A stretch of 64,000 nt of DNA from Phoronis australis (GCA_002633005.1 NMRA01000376.1:344365-408364), one strand, 5' to 3'. Shown: positions 24,990 through 38,840, counted from the stretch's first letter. Numbers and translations are program-made. The notes: generated by a model from the sequence alone, not told the origin.

Positions 24990-27900
24990 CTGAAAACAGA
25001 CCAGTGCACTCAGGCAACATGCATCTTGTAAACAAAACATGCAGAGCAAGAAACTGTTTCAAGTAACACAAAAATCAAGACCGAGCCCGATAACAAACAG
25101 TAACTCAATGACAATACAACAGAACAAGAATCTTAATGACTGCTATATAATGGTTATCATTAATCACTTCAACAAAAACCAAAATTATTACGTAAAGAGA
25201 ATCTAGCCACAAAAACAAGAGTACAACAGCAAACGGTAAATGATAGCAATCTTGTGTAAAAGTAATAGAGGACGCACAGGTGACAGTATTTGCAAGCCAT
25301 TCAACCAGTGGGAGAAAGCAGGGGTAAGTTTAGCTACTCTAGACCATATTACAGAAGCGAAATCTGGCTTCTGGGCTGAAACAATACTGGTTCAGCTGGA
25401 TAAGTGACCAACAATTCGTTATAATGGAAAAGACATCCCCATGATCAATAAGACTATCGCAAGAAATTTATAAAAATTTATTTTGCTTCCCCTTGCACAC
25501 GACTCCAACATACGTCATTTCCAAATTGACAAACTATTTTTTTCAATTGTAAAAACAACATATCCTTGTAACAAATTGAGCATGCTCAGACCCTGAAATG
25601 TGGAAAAAATGTATTGACCAAATGTGCATCCGACGAGTGAGAACTAGACGAGGGGAAACAAAAATATTTAGATGGGCTAACACGACTAAAGGTCTATTAT
25701 ACATCAGGTTCCCAAAATGCCTGTTAATACATTGCCATCATTCTTAAATTGCAGGTGATAGCACTACATAGCACAAATGCAAATCTACCAAACTAGAAAG
25801 AAAAACGAACAACAACCAAGGATTTTTATGAGTTTATCGGTGTGACACACTGGAGCATCATGCAAAAAGATTCAATGGGTGGCTTGATATTTACTAGACC
25901 ACGTTAATGATTACCGTTTCCTCTTTTTAACACCTGAAGATTGACAACAATCAGCATGGGGCATTCCTGGGCTAGGAGTCCAATGTGACTACTTAAATGC
26001 ATACACTCCTACAGGTGGGACACTTATTACACAGGCACCACCTGGTGAATTCCAAGACACCCATTGGAGAGAAACTAATGTGACTACCTACTCAGTGTAT
26101 CATAGGGTAACAAATACAACTCAATAACAACTAATACACATATCGTCAGACAGAATGTTAGACAGGGTCACCATCGAAACAATTGACCAACAACAAGGAG
26201 AGAACAATGGTTGTCATGGAACTTTTACAGCCGGGCCAATCCCTGCTGTTCCATGGCCAAGATAACCAAGAGCCAAACAAAAAACCTACGGACATATTCC
26301 AAGTTTTAACTGCCCCATTTCTCATATTCAAAAGCCTACACTGCCAGTGCCAAGAACAATTTGGGGCAAGTGTTCAGTAACAATTGGAAACACTTCACTA
26401 ATACAACCAGGAGAAGTATCATGCATAATGTGCCATCTCCAGTTAGACCTATTATGTGGTGCTGGAAACACATAGCAATTTTCCTAGAGAGAGTTAATGT
26501 CTATTAAATGTGGTGAGCTAAACAGAACATTATAACAGCACATCATACTAGACTAGATGGTGTATGGTTTCAGCCCAAGTGATTAATACCATCAAAAGCA
26601 TTTAGTAGATCCATAAACACTGTCAGAGTTAAGGGGAACACAACACAATCTTGTAACAGTAATAAAAACCATGCATAGCAAGCCAACTGTGACCAAGACT
26701 GACTATTCTACAACATCCATACACCTCCAAGGTCACTTACCCTATGGTGACCGAAGACCAGATGGCGGCGGTGGAGAATCAAAAACAAAACAGCTGACAA
26801 TACCCAAAACAGCAACAAAAACACCAGACCAGGATGGGGTTAGCCTCATGGGACAAAGCACGAGAACGTGAATTCAAGGACACACAGAAAGCATTGTACA
26901 CACCAGGGTTAACCCAGACACATATACACAGATGCATCCTGAGCAACACATACCCAAAGACTTACAATACTTGTCCGGGTTGACTCCCAGGGGTTTGAAG
27001 AGCATCAGTATTTAAAAATAAAGTTGGGGATGGATGTTTACCCAGGGGCCCACTAGGAAACTTAGCAGTTGGTTAAGGCCCAGCAGGATCTAAGGGGTCC
27101 TTAACGATAAGAGAGGAAAGCTAACTTGGCTGGATAGACTCCATTGTTAGTCACAGGTAACCGAATTCAGCATTTTTAGAGTTGAAATTCTTGATGATGG
27201 CATTCACTGATCTTGGCGTCTTAAAGGAACTAAAGGTCCCAATCATATAAATTGGTGGTGGGCTTTCGAAATTGAAAATTTGAAATCTGAGGCCTAAGGA
27301 TAAACGTAGCATTAATCTGGGTGACTACCGTAAATAAAAAACATAAAAGCTCGTAACTATAGTTGAGTGATGTACGTAAAACCTGGTTGCATTTCTTTAC
27401 ACCGCTGATGCAGCAGAGATGTGCAAAATTAAAAATCTCCAATTTATCATCAAAGAAAATCCATTACTGCTACAAAAGTAATGTAAATTTAGTAACAAAT
27501 TGAGTTGCAGACTGAGTCTTAGATATCTCGTTTCACTGCTAAGTCAACAGTGATTATCAAATTATGGCACAAAGTGTGTTAAACAGAGAACTTCTCTGTG
27601 ATATTAATGGAAATTGTGCAATGGCGAGTACGTATGCAAACTTAAACTAGCTGTGTTGGGCAATTTGTTGAGCATTAACCCAAAAATTATAACTCTTCTT
27701 CTTGCAGTCTTACTTAAAAGTCCCTAGACACAAATAATGCGCATCTCTCGCTTCCAGTCACTTTTACAGAGTTTCTCAGACATCAAGAGTACACAAGGGT
27801 AGAACAAATGTTAACATCAAGTCGTCGTGTGAAACAATTCTCCCTAATGTTTATAAGGCTTTTATTAATGCTGCATTTCATCCTGTAGAGCTGGCTGAAA

Positions 27901-28047
27901 ACAAAAATAGAACTGGGCCTCTTGCTTACATAAAATTGGTCTTGTAGTATCATATTTCAGTTGCCAACGAGTACATTCAAACCATAAGCATCTCAAGAAA
28001 ACACTTCAGAGTTTATCTGGGTTGGTAAGCACTAAAACTGCGAAATT

Positions 28048-28180
28048 GAAAATGGCATATGTACACATTGCCTGTGACTTGAGCTGGTAACAGTAATAGA
28101 ATACGGGCATGGTAAGGATTATTACGATTATAATGAGAGTAAAGGCCCAATTCGATTTTGCTTTTTACTTAGCTACAGGG
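28048..28180 (+). repeat. Interspersed repeat family, copy 2
   Basis: Aligns by eye with 16703-16845, including the downstream CAATTCGATTTT. Confidence 0.75.
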
Positions 28181-28247
28181 CAAAATACAGCTTTATGAAT
28201 GACATCACCATCCCTCGAACAGTGAAGAAACAGCACCCTTCTCTAAG

Positions 28248-28549
28248 TACCACACTTGTCCAGGATAACACACTTTAAGTGCTTGAATCAGAAAACTCAA
28301 TATCAGAGAGTTTCTGGGCGTTAGGACAAGTTTTGGTGTATACAGTCAACTTTTCTGAAAAGTGAAATAATCGTTTACCCAACTACAAATTTCATTTAGC
28401 ACTCAGAAAATGCAATTGGTGTGCAATGGTCAAACAAAAACTTAGGCTAAACTATACTAAAAGTACTGTTAGTCACGCAGTAAGCAATATTTTGAAAAAT
28501 GGGGTTAGCACTTAGCTGGACAAGGGCGTTAAGTTGGACAAGTGTGATA
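28248..28549. mobile_element. About 300-bp MITE
   Basis: 12-bp perfect inverted ends CACACTTGTCCA / TGGACAAGTGTG with TA just outside. A subterminal TGGACAAG is repeated. Confidence 0.65.
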
Positions 28550-31293
28550 AGACTACAACAAAGCTAGGTACAGATCCAGGATTTTAGGCAGGGGAGTCCA
28601 CAAATAAACCCTGACCCTTGGAAGCGTATTTTCAAACTAAGCTACATGACTACACAGGTCTGAAATGTTGAAACAGCACAACACTTATAATCAATTGCAC
28701 ATCACCTGTAAAGGTGTCGGTAACGTTTGCATTAAACTGTGGTCAAACTGTACATAGCTAGCAGGTAACAGTATTACAGCAGGTGAACTACTTTATGGCA
28801 ATCATTTCATACTGTTATAAATCAAATGAATTATTTCTTCTCTTACATTCTTGCCAGTGTTTACAATTCAAGAGCAATGTAACTCTCCTCACTGTTAACC
28901 CACAGCGTGTTGTGTGACGCATCTTAAATACTATTAATTAGTAATTCATGTAATATTCTCCAATTAATTACAATAAACCGGTAAGTGATATAATCATTTC
29001 AATTGCAGTCAAGCTCACAAACTATTACCATCCAACCCTTGGGCTTATCAAAATCTGCTCACTTGACAATAATCTTGTTCTTTTTTCATGCAGTTTATCA
29101 TAAATATAACTTCCAATCGCTTTGACAAACAAAATATGGACAGGCTTTTGGTTCGTTAGCTCACTACAAAGACACAGGGCCCGAAAGTATCTCCTGCACA
29201 AGGAAGACATTACAGATACCATCAATTAACCTTATTGTCAAATAAACAGTCAGCAATTATGTAGAACAAATGAAAAACTATGGTTATTACAAGATAACAT
29301 CAAAAGAAACGATGTTATTAGCTTAATACATCATATCTCCCACAGAAACGCTCACACTGATCATCAGAGCAGTGTCTTGAGACTATAGGGATGCCTAATT
29401 ACATTATTCACAGATCTATGCAGTCTACAGACACACACACTAACATCACACAAACTCACACACAAACACACACACAAGAATTGTAGCACAAATCTTACAG
29501 GTCAATTTCTGGACGTTTCATACTGTGACTACGCAATCACATGTCATCAACAAAATGTACAAAGCATTATAAAGCTATACTTCCGTTTTATTTACTGCTT
29601 ATGACGCAAAATTAAGAAATTTTCTACCCAAGACTGTTAAAACCCAAAAACTGGACTTTGTCATTCAGTTGAAAAATGAAAGATAATCTATGGCTAAATT
29701 GAAGCAGTCAAATTCTGGAAGGGCTTGCCAACCCTGCTATTTTCTGAAGTGTTTTCAATGTTATTGAATGGTCAGCTGTTTTTAATTTGTGGCAAAATAC
29801 TGTTGTAATATGGAAAATTTCAAGACCAGTTTTGTAAGGGCAAGTACCTGGATTTGAAATTATTTTTCAGACAGATACATTGAAAACAATACAACTGAAA
29901 ATACAATTTTAAAAAAATTGCAGTACCAAAACATTGGGTAGTATGGCTAACAGTATGTATCTTTATTCACCAAAAGTAAATTACAAGCAGCCAAATTATT
30001 GGCGGCTAACAACAAAATCATTACCCTAATTCTAAGACTTCTTAAGAGCTTAATGATGAAGAATCATTTTAATTAAGAGTATACTTAGGTCACACTCCAC
30101 AACAGAGACAACTCAGCTTCCTCATATATTACCATAACGGTAAAAGTACTTCAATTTAGTACATGGCAGACAGGTGGAATTTTATTTTATCAACTTTCTT
30201 TCCAAAACTAACCTCCAACAACAGCTTATTTTGTTGTTAGCATGGTTTGTATAATGTAATCACAAAACATTTGGCAAAATTATCAGTATAAATAGCAACA
30301 TTGTGAGCCTTAGACAAATCCAAAGATTGCAACTTTGACAATCATTGTTATCCTGAATTGAACATTTTTTACCAAACTTCGTGGGGACTACATACCTTCC
30401 AACACATCCTCAGACACATGATAAAAAACTAAATTGTCCCCCGCCACTGCAGTATGCATGAACATTGTAAGGCTGTAACTTTTCAGTGGCAATGATTTTG
30501 AAGGGAACAAAGATTGTTGTTCAACCTAATTTTTAAAAGTTCTATACCCAAACAATTAAATTTATGCAGAATGTCGCACTCTGTCAAAGTGCATCTTGGT
30601 CATTCTCTTCATATCTCCCCAGTAACAAAAAAAAACATTAGAAAGATATTGCATCAAAAATATTTTCTCGGTAAAGTGTTAATGGGAATAAATGTATAGA
30701 AATATAAAAAATCTTAATTTTCTCACTGTGACCTTAAAAATGATGTCAAGGTCAACAAAATCGAGGTGTCTACCTACACCTTGATACAAAATATAAATAA
30801 AATCTAAGGCTTCCTTCTTGAGATATCGTAAATACTACGCCCCCTGCTTCACGCTAACGTGCACGGCGGAGGACAATAACATGGTTGTTACGTAAAACAT
30901 AATACAGTTACCCAGAACAAAACAAGACACAGACGTTATGCAAAGTCAATGTTCCAACCAACTGCAAATAGCTCATAATCTCAAAGCAACTGGGCTAGTT
31001 ACTTGACTTTGTTTCTCAAATTCAATTACTAAATAAGTAGCAGCAGTCCATCAGGAACAGATAACGCAGCAGAGACTTATGCAGTTGAACACAAGAGCCT
31101 GTTCGTGTAAAATCGCACCTACATTGAATGCACTGTCCACTCAGTATTTATTCTCGTTCACATGAGAAATAAGGAAAGACAGAAAAAGAGCCGGATTATC
31201 AAAAATGCAACGAGTCATTTGAGCCGTGTAAAGCAACGGCAGCCAGTTCCAGTGGCCGGCTGATAACCATGCTTTTGGCTGGACAAAGCTTAC

Positions 31294-31320
31294 CTCGGCT
31301 GAAAATGGCAGAGTGGACAT
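31294..31320 (-). CDS. Sowah: Candidate 27-nt Sowah cassette microexon (xVHSAIFSR)
   Basis: Very strong pyrimidine tract (ttctctctcctctttctag) and GAG|GTAAGC donor. Open and symmetric in phase 1. Confidence 0.6.
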
Positions 31321-31992
31321 CTAGAAAGAGGAGAGAGAAATCAAGAAAAAGAACAGGAAGCTATAGCAGGTAAGGCGACCAAGAGAGGAGTTCGTCACAG
31401 AATAAAGACCCACAGGTGCATTAATATTGGAGTATCCTGGAGTACAAGTTGTTGCAGAAAGGGGTGCAAGTCCGTGAACTTTGGACACGCTTACGTATGA
31501 CCACAACACCGCACACAGGCTGTGACGTTTTTCAGGTATGTTTTAGCTTGACATTTCATCCTTGGCAACGTCAACAATGAAATCCTCATTTATTTTCCAT
31601 ACATTCTCATATGGTAACCAGCTAAGGCCCTATCACACCAAACTCATTCTCAGAACATCCAAGCCCATCTAGAGTCCTCAAGAGAATGGGCTGGACAGAC
31701 GGAAAAGTATAACTTTGGTCAAAAATATGCCTCGAATGCGAAACTATGTACTGGGCTCTCACTTGGCACAGTGCTTAGCAGGTTCTCACTATTTATCCGC
31801 CATTTTGAGAATTACCTTGGCATGACAGAGCTATTAGCAAATGTCCTGATGTCTGCAGGATCATTTATTACACAAACTGAGTAAACATTTAAATTTGGAT
31901 AATTTTACATCGCCAGTGATGTGGTCAAACAGTAACAGTGCGACTTGAATGGATGAGTTCGAGTTGACATGATACTGACACAGGTGTTTTAC

Positions 31993-32049
31993 CTTTGTGA
32001 CGATGCCGGCCAAGATTTACTGACCCGCTGCGTAGAAACATGGCCCCTC
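31993..32049 (-). CDS. Sowah: Candidate Sowah cassette exon (RGAMFLRSGSVNLGRHRHK)
   Basis: 57 nt, open and symmetric in phase 1. The acceptor TTTTCTAAG and donor AAG|GTAAAA are moderate. No homology support. Confidence 0.4.
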
Positions 32050-32323
32050 CTTAGAAAATTTATGAAATGAAAATATGAAACGCAGGGATAGCTCAGAGAA
32101 ACAATAAAAACAGATTTAGCACAAAGACTAACAGAAGAAAGAAACTGAACCACAGTAATTTCAATAAAACAGTATTTGCTAATAGGCAAATTACAAAATG
32201 ATTATTCCAACTAACATGGCTAACAGTCACTCGTGACTAAAGTTGTATGAGCAATTACAGTTGCTCGTTTTGATTCAGCGACATTACGCGATTTAAAAGT
32301 AGTAAGTGAAGACATTCGCTTAC

Positions 32324-32404
32324 GCTGAACTTTACTGGAACCCGAGTTTGATAAATACTGCTTGGCTCTTTTGCCACTGTTGTCTCGAATATTGACATCA
32401 GCAC
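32324..32404 (-). CDS. Sowah: Sowah exon (GADVNIRDNSGKRAKQYLSNSGSSKVQ)
   Basis: CATTTCAG acceptor, C|GTAAGC donor, 81 nt, phase 1-1. RD.SGK+..QYL is the cap of the Sowah ankyrin domain. Confidence 0.94.
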
Positions 32405-33300
32405 CTGAAATGAAAAGTCATGCCACACTTGAGCTGCAACAAAATCTCTTTGATTTAAGAAACAGTGTGAAGGACAATTTATTATTTTTATTTTCTTGTT
32501 TTTGTGTTTTTAAGTAGCTCCAAAATAATGCTTTGCCTTTACCAAGTTGTGAGCTCCCATCAGACAATGGTTTCAAAAATTGCTGCCATTCAGAACAGTG
32601 TTAGACTTCTATGAAAAATGACAATTTCAGCAATTACTTTTGTCTGAAATTGGTGAAAGTTTACCGCAATGTTACACATTTCTAAATTTCAAACAATTTT
32701 AATTCAGGACACTCAGAAACTTGCCAAGAAAAGATATTCCATCCATTCAAAAAATTGCAAATTATCTTCAATTATTGGAAATGGTTAATTTCTCAGTGTA
32801 AGAAATTACAAATGTTTTACATCTGGCTCTTAGCAGGACCACTTATTCAAAAGCACTCCAAACATGACTGTACTATGAGTATGGTAGAGTTATTCAATGT
32901 GAAATTTATATCAAAAATAGAACTTAGCTATTACAACAAAAATTAATTGTGAACTAATGAATGACGCAAAAAGTTTAAAGTATCCATCAGGAACACTTAG
33001 GTATACAAATTTTAATAGCTTTACTCTAACATACAAAATCAAGTTTTGTCCAGCAGTGACATTAGGAACAGGTAATTTAAAAAATTGATCAGTTTTTCTA
33101 AAATTCAACATCCATGACACAAGTTACGATGAAAACGCAGGAGGAGGCAAGATAACAACTAACACAAAACTGTTTAACAATTTCACCAATGCAATTTTTC
33201 CAAACTTTTTTTGAAAATCACTGCACACATGGTCTAGCTTGCCAATGTTTGGTCCCATAGGCCAACCATATACACCCAGTGTCTGGTATACTTGGCTTAC

Positions 33301-33373
33301 CATAGACAGACACTAGGAGTTCAACAACATCTTCATGACCATGCAAAGCAGCAAGGTGGAGTGCTGTATAACC
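33301..33373 (-). CDS. Sowah: Sowah ankyrin repeat exon (GYTALHLAALHGHEDVVELLVSVY)
   Basis: ATTGCAG acceptor, G|GTAAGC donor (phase 1). Canonical ankyrin repeat. Confidence 0.95.
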
Positions 33374-35359
33374 CTGCAATCACAGAAACAGGACATTTGA
33401 TTAGTCTGAAAGCACATCCACTGCAAACAGGACGAGCTCTTTCTTGCAGAGTTCAATTGTGAGCACACTTTTGCGACAACGATGCGGTTTTACTTTGACA
33501 GACACAAAATCCGTAGTTTACGTGCATTCCTCAGGTACACAGTGAAGCATTTTCCAAATGCACTCCAGTTCGTATAACCTAAACAAAAACGGTTATGCCT
33601 CGGCTACAATTTATGAACTAATAAAAGACGAATTGAACGTTACAAAATGCTACTTTGTCATATTCTAAATGAAGCATTTAGTTGTTTTTTGCCAACACCG
33701 GTCCCCATATTTTACATGATGGACACATATTTTTCAGTACTGTGACAAACTTGGACACATTTTTTCAACCAAATTACGCTGTGGTTTCGCTCATTTGTGG
33801 CAAATTCACAGACAAGAACATATTAAACAATTTATAAATTTACGACAAAAAACAGAATGCAATAAATATTAAATCCAATTTTCTTAGTGATTAATCAACA
33901 TCAAAGTTTTACTTTGAAAAATTCCTCATTTTGTAAAATTACTTGGCTCCTTTGCTTGTTTTCGTTACTGCTAAACAATTACAAAGTTTAATGTAAATTA
34001 CATTCATAAATATACTCGTGAGACAAGTAATTTTAGTTTTAATGTCAGTTTTCCTCAAATAAATATGTATGTCATTTTTCTCTATTTCTTTACTAATTCA
34101 CAATAAGCTTCATGAGTTGTCAATATCATTATTCTAATTTTGTAAAAAATTGTTCGCAGAGTCTTCCTGATATGAGATGCGTGTATTTTCGTCACTTCTA
34201 TTTGCCAACACAGTAGTTTTCAAAACAATCCCTTCCAAATCTTTAGTTATGAAAATCAGAAATAACCAGCAGTATTTGGACAGCCAAAAATATTGCCAGT
34301 ATTAAGTTACAAAAAGATGTTCTTATTGAAAAAGCTACCGTGTTTTTGCCACAAAAATTCCAACTGTCAAACAGAAGACAACAAAATACTCCAGATGGGA
34401 TAATAGTCATAGGAATTCACAAATACAAAGAGTGAAGCAGTAATTGGTAAGTTTCATTAATGACATATGTAGATACAAGACCGTTTGATGTTTTGGATAC
34501 ACTAGAGAAAAATATCTAATTCAATTACTGCCAAGACGGAGACAGCGAGGGCAAACTGGAACAAAGCCTTAACTCAATGATCTAGCACTGCGAAACACGT
34601 CGGCAACAAGGAGAGGACAAATTGCAAGCAAACTACAACACGTGTTAGGTCAAGGGGCGCGGGTGCAACGACGCATCCGAGTCCGACATGTACCAAAAGA
34701 TGATTTGGCACATGGGAGTATGACAAAGACTAATGGCTTCATAGAACACAACATTTGGATTATGATAATTGCTCTGTGGGCTCTCTTAGGGAGATTATAT
34801 TGCTCAGATGTGCCAGCGCAGCCAGACATGAGCTGTTTTCCACTTCACACTTTTCATGAATGATCCATGCGGTATAATGGGAAGCCCACAAACGTGCGCT
34901 AACCACTTTCAAGGGCTCTGTGGTCAGCCACGCCGTTGCCTCTCACTACATCACTCGTAAGGACTTGACAGAAACTTCGTCCATTGAAGTCACGCTGATA
35001 AAAAGCATGTGCTCTGTCTGATAGCCGATTATTTAATTTCACAGATTTTGTGCTTGACAAATAATGATGCGCTAAACTGGAGAGTGAGAAGCCGGGGAAT
35101 TTAATTATAACGATTCTTATGTTTTTATCTAACTCCCAGAACTAATATCACTGTTCTATTCCATTAACTCACCAATCCTCCAGTGGCAGGCCAGTATTGA
35201 TTAATGACATCAAAGACGGCAAGAAAACAAAAAACGTAAAGGTTGAAAAAAGTCTTCAGAAAAGACTGGAGATTAATTTTAATGAAAATCGAGCTTTCTC
35301 ATTCAACAGTGATATCTCACCAAAAAGACAAAAAAATAAAAAAACAAAGCAATTTATAT

Positions 35360-35432
35360 TTGCCTGATATTTTTTTAATGACTTGATTGCCGGATACTTT
35401 TTTAATGACTTGATTGCCGGGTATTTTTTTAT
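35360..35432. repeat. 27-bp tandem repeat, about 2.7 copies
   Basis: TTGCC.GATA.TTTTTTAATGACTTGA units. Confidence 0.85.
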
Positions 35433-35834
35433 GTCTAAATCACAACTAGCTGTGATTTTGTAAAATATCTTAACAAATTTGAACATATTATCGCATTGTA
35501 ATGTTATCTTAGCTAGCCCTAGAATAATTTCCTACCCTTCGCATGTGTTAACTTCCTCTCAACAGAAATATACAATTCATTTATGTTCTTGCCCAACAAC
35601 AATAAAGATGACATTACTCAACAAGGCAGTAAGACTACACTTAGACATTAATCTTCACATGGAAGTCAACTCCCAATGAGTTAAATGATCTGTGCTCGAC
35701 CATCATTCGCAATCGCCTTCACAAGTCCCTGAACACGAATTGAATCTTTTGACATTCTCCCAGTGTTGTCAGACATTGTTCAACAATTGAAGGTGACACA
35801 ACTTCCTATTTGTTGACAGATTCAAATCACTTAC

Positions 35835-35837
35835 CCC
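35835..35837 (-). CDS. Sowah: Sowah 3-nt microexon GGG (Gly)
   Basis: gaatacag|GGG|gtaagt. About 105 nt upstream are free of AG and contain TCTCTTTCATGT. Confidence 0.75.
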
Positions 35838-36044
35838 CTGTATTCAGATGGATGTTTCCGCCGAGCCAAGGCAAGTCACACAGATGTCAACATGAAAGAG
35901 ACAAATCGAGAAATGTTGGGATTTAATGAAATGGAAACGTCAGGCACTTGAGTTTTGGACAATATCAATGACAACTTAATATGCATAACACTAGGAATTA
36001 GTGCTAGATGCATTTTAAGTTATATCGAGCGCTACATTGGCTAG

Positions 36045-36230
36045 TAAAAATGGCCAACTTCATAGTAAGATAAAATGAGACGTTTATCAAGCCAAAAATA
36101 ACACACGTGAGTATACCAAAGAAAATGAGAAATGCTAATTTACCCGATTTCGTGACTCAATTTTTTTGATGTCACAAAATCAAATCAATTATTTGACACT
36201 CGTCATTGTGTGAAATAGAATGTCCCAATG
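36045..36230 (+). repeat. Interspersed repeat, paired with 61650-61850
   Basis: Shared AAAAATGGCCAACTTCA.AGTAAGATAAAAT and CAAAATCAAATCAA...ACACTC...TTGTGTGAA. Confidence 0.7.
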
Positions 36231-37266
36231 TAAAAGTCATTTTATCTAAATGGCGCTCGATATACCTTTAAGGTTAATGGTTTTAAATAGTGCACATATT
36301 GTGAAAAATGTTTCATTAGGAGTTGTAGAGCTAGGGATAAACTGAACACTGAGCAGTAATTTTCTCCAATTAATCAAATTAAAATGTTGGCACTGACAAC
36401 CAAAAGCAAAAACGACCTTTTGGACTTCACACGGAGCAAGTATCATGAGTAGACAAAAACTGTGAGCAATAATTAATAAGACTATTTCAAAATCAAGGTA
36501 AGTTATCAAAACTAGAAGTTTTTAACGAACAGTTGGTTAGGGAGATCTTAGCAACACTTACACAACAAACAGAGAACCTTAAAAAGTAATTGGTATTACA
36601 CCCTTAAGAGCCACAATGGAAGTTCCCGAAACAATTAAGGTTTCCTAAATCAAAAGCTTAATTCTGATTACAGATAATTCACACAAATATCCAAAGGCAA
36701 AAATAAAGGCAGTGAAAGTTCAAACCAAAGAGAAAGGAATTTCTTTGAATAAACAAAACATATGCTCAGATTGCTACTGTAGCGAAAATATCAAAATATA
36801 TTATTTGATACGGAATTAGTTTTTCATGAAACAGATCTTGACACTTGAAATGATTTTCCTTAACCCAAATTGCTTTTTTTCAGTTTGAATAGCGCAATTA
36901 AAGTGTTCTAGGATGTCAGTATGACATTTGGTACTATTAGACACGAGAGCCAACATGCCACGGTGACAATGGCCCACCATCACTTGACTAACAGTTGTTG
37001 CAACAGTAGTGTTCTACAACTAAAAAACAACAGCAACATTTGTCAACGGCTTGTTAACCAAACTGTTGACAACGTTCTCTTTAATTAGACAATCGTGAAT
37101 AATCCTGAGACATGTTACATCTATGGAGCATCATAAACATTGTTTTATGAGAGATTTGTGAAGCTCGGCTTGAAGCGACACTGAATGGATGATTTGGCTA
37201 ATTACAAAATTATTCAAATCGGCAGCGCTTAGTGGTGAATAGACTAATAAAAGTCATGTGACTTAC

Positions 37267-37269
37267 ATT
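37267..37269 (-). CDS. Sowah: Sowah 3-nt microexon AAT (Asn)
   Basis: gcggatag|AAT|gtaagt. Gives ARS-N-G-GYT, matching the AR(S/T)(N/H)GGYT loop I recall for Sowah proteins. TTTCATGT lies upstream. Confidence 0.75.
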
Positions 37270-38584
37270 CTATCCGCGCCAATGGTAGTAACAGGACATG
37301 AAAAGATAGAAGAGAAATAGCAATTAAGACATTTTAATGGAGTTCGTGTGTAAGCGTTCAGTGAATAATTAATCAAACATTCGACTTGAGCACAACAGTC
37401 AATGAGGCAAGATAATTTAGCAGCATACTTCCACCCACAGACAACGTTCCGTTTGGTAGATTGTATTATTAAATTTCTTCTAAAATAAAATGATTTAAAC
37501 AACTCAAAACAAAATAGTTAACATGCAAAAGCTAAAGAGTTGTGTTTATAATGATTGTCCACTAACCGTACTTTGCACAAAAATAATTACAAAAATAGAA
37601 TTTTATTAATTTTTCACAGGCTGACTACCTTGCTGCACAAAATAGAAACTTTACCGAATGTAGCTGTATGACATCTCCATACCACAAACCATGAGGAGAA
37701 TAGACTAAACAGTTATTGATCTTTATTTTTGAAGAGAAATTTACACTTATCGGCCTCACTGTGTGCTAAATAAGTGAAAAATTAACATAGTTTGAATATA
37801 TGTGTTTACTGTTACAACATCAAAAGGATATTTCCAAGAATTAAACAATGCACTTTTTGAAAACAAACATTCGACTGTTCATATCAAAATGCTTTCAAAA
37901 TCTCTAAATCATTTGCCCAGACAAAACATGACAGTCTGCAATGATCCCTTGAATAAATACAAAATATTAAATTAAACGATAACGGGTCTACGTAGAAACT
38001 GATTCGGGCAAAAGTAAATATTTTATTTTGCCCATTATCAAAACACTCCTAAACTACTGTTTGCATTCACTGCTGATAAAGGCAGTCATTGCTGGAATCA
38101 GACTGGCTTACGCAGATAACGATTTACCAAGTCACTAATACCTCGTTTTATTGTTTATTTTTTAATTATAGTACATGCCAAACATTGTTCTTAAGTAATG
38201 TCCTGACCTACAGTCAACTGTCTTGAATTTTGAAAGGAAAACTGCTAAAAGGGAGTTAACCCCGCACTTAGTTAAAACCAAAAATTTTTTTTCGTTGCTT
38301 ACTGCTATAAAAGCAGTAACAGGGATCAGAAATCATTTCTAGGCTTGAGAATTGGTAGGTCCTTACTGCCTCAAACCAGGCCCATTAAGGTGCTTGTCAA
38401 GGTGGTTAGTTGCCAAGACAACCAATCTCAAATTCAAAACAATGGATAAGAATAGGACGTAGTTGTTTTGGAAAGGCAAATACGCTTATGAAGAAAGTTA
38501 ACATCATTAACACCAGTACACCGCTTATAGCAGTTCTAATTATAATTTTTCAAAATTATAAAGGGTTACTAAATTGTAAATCAG

Positions 38585-38840
38585 TTGTTTGAAGACCTTT
38601 GAACATTGCAAACAGTGCAAATCATTGACAGAGTGTTGTTTCATGACTTTTGTATATTGCAAACAATGCAAGTCAATTTGATGACCATTGCAAACAGTGT
38701 AGATCACTGGCAGTGTTGTTGGATGATTACTGTATATTGCAGGCAGTCCAAATCCATTGTTTGATGACCTTTGTATATTGCAAACAATGCAGATCATTGG
38801 CAGAGAGTTGTTTGGTGACTTTGTATATTGCAAACAATGC
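38585..38840. repeat. About 60-bp diverged minisatellite, about 4 copies
   Basis: Recurring ATGAC.TTTGTATATTGCAAACAATGCA.ATCATTG.CAG. Confidence 0.85.

Noticed and set aside
33500-33590. tttag|GTTATACG as a duplicate of the GYT ankyrin exon
   Set aside because: Wrong phase for the upstream exon, and the translation is not ankyrin-like.
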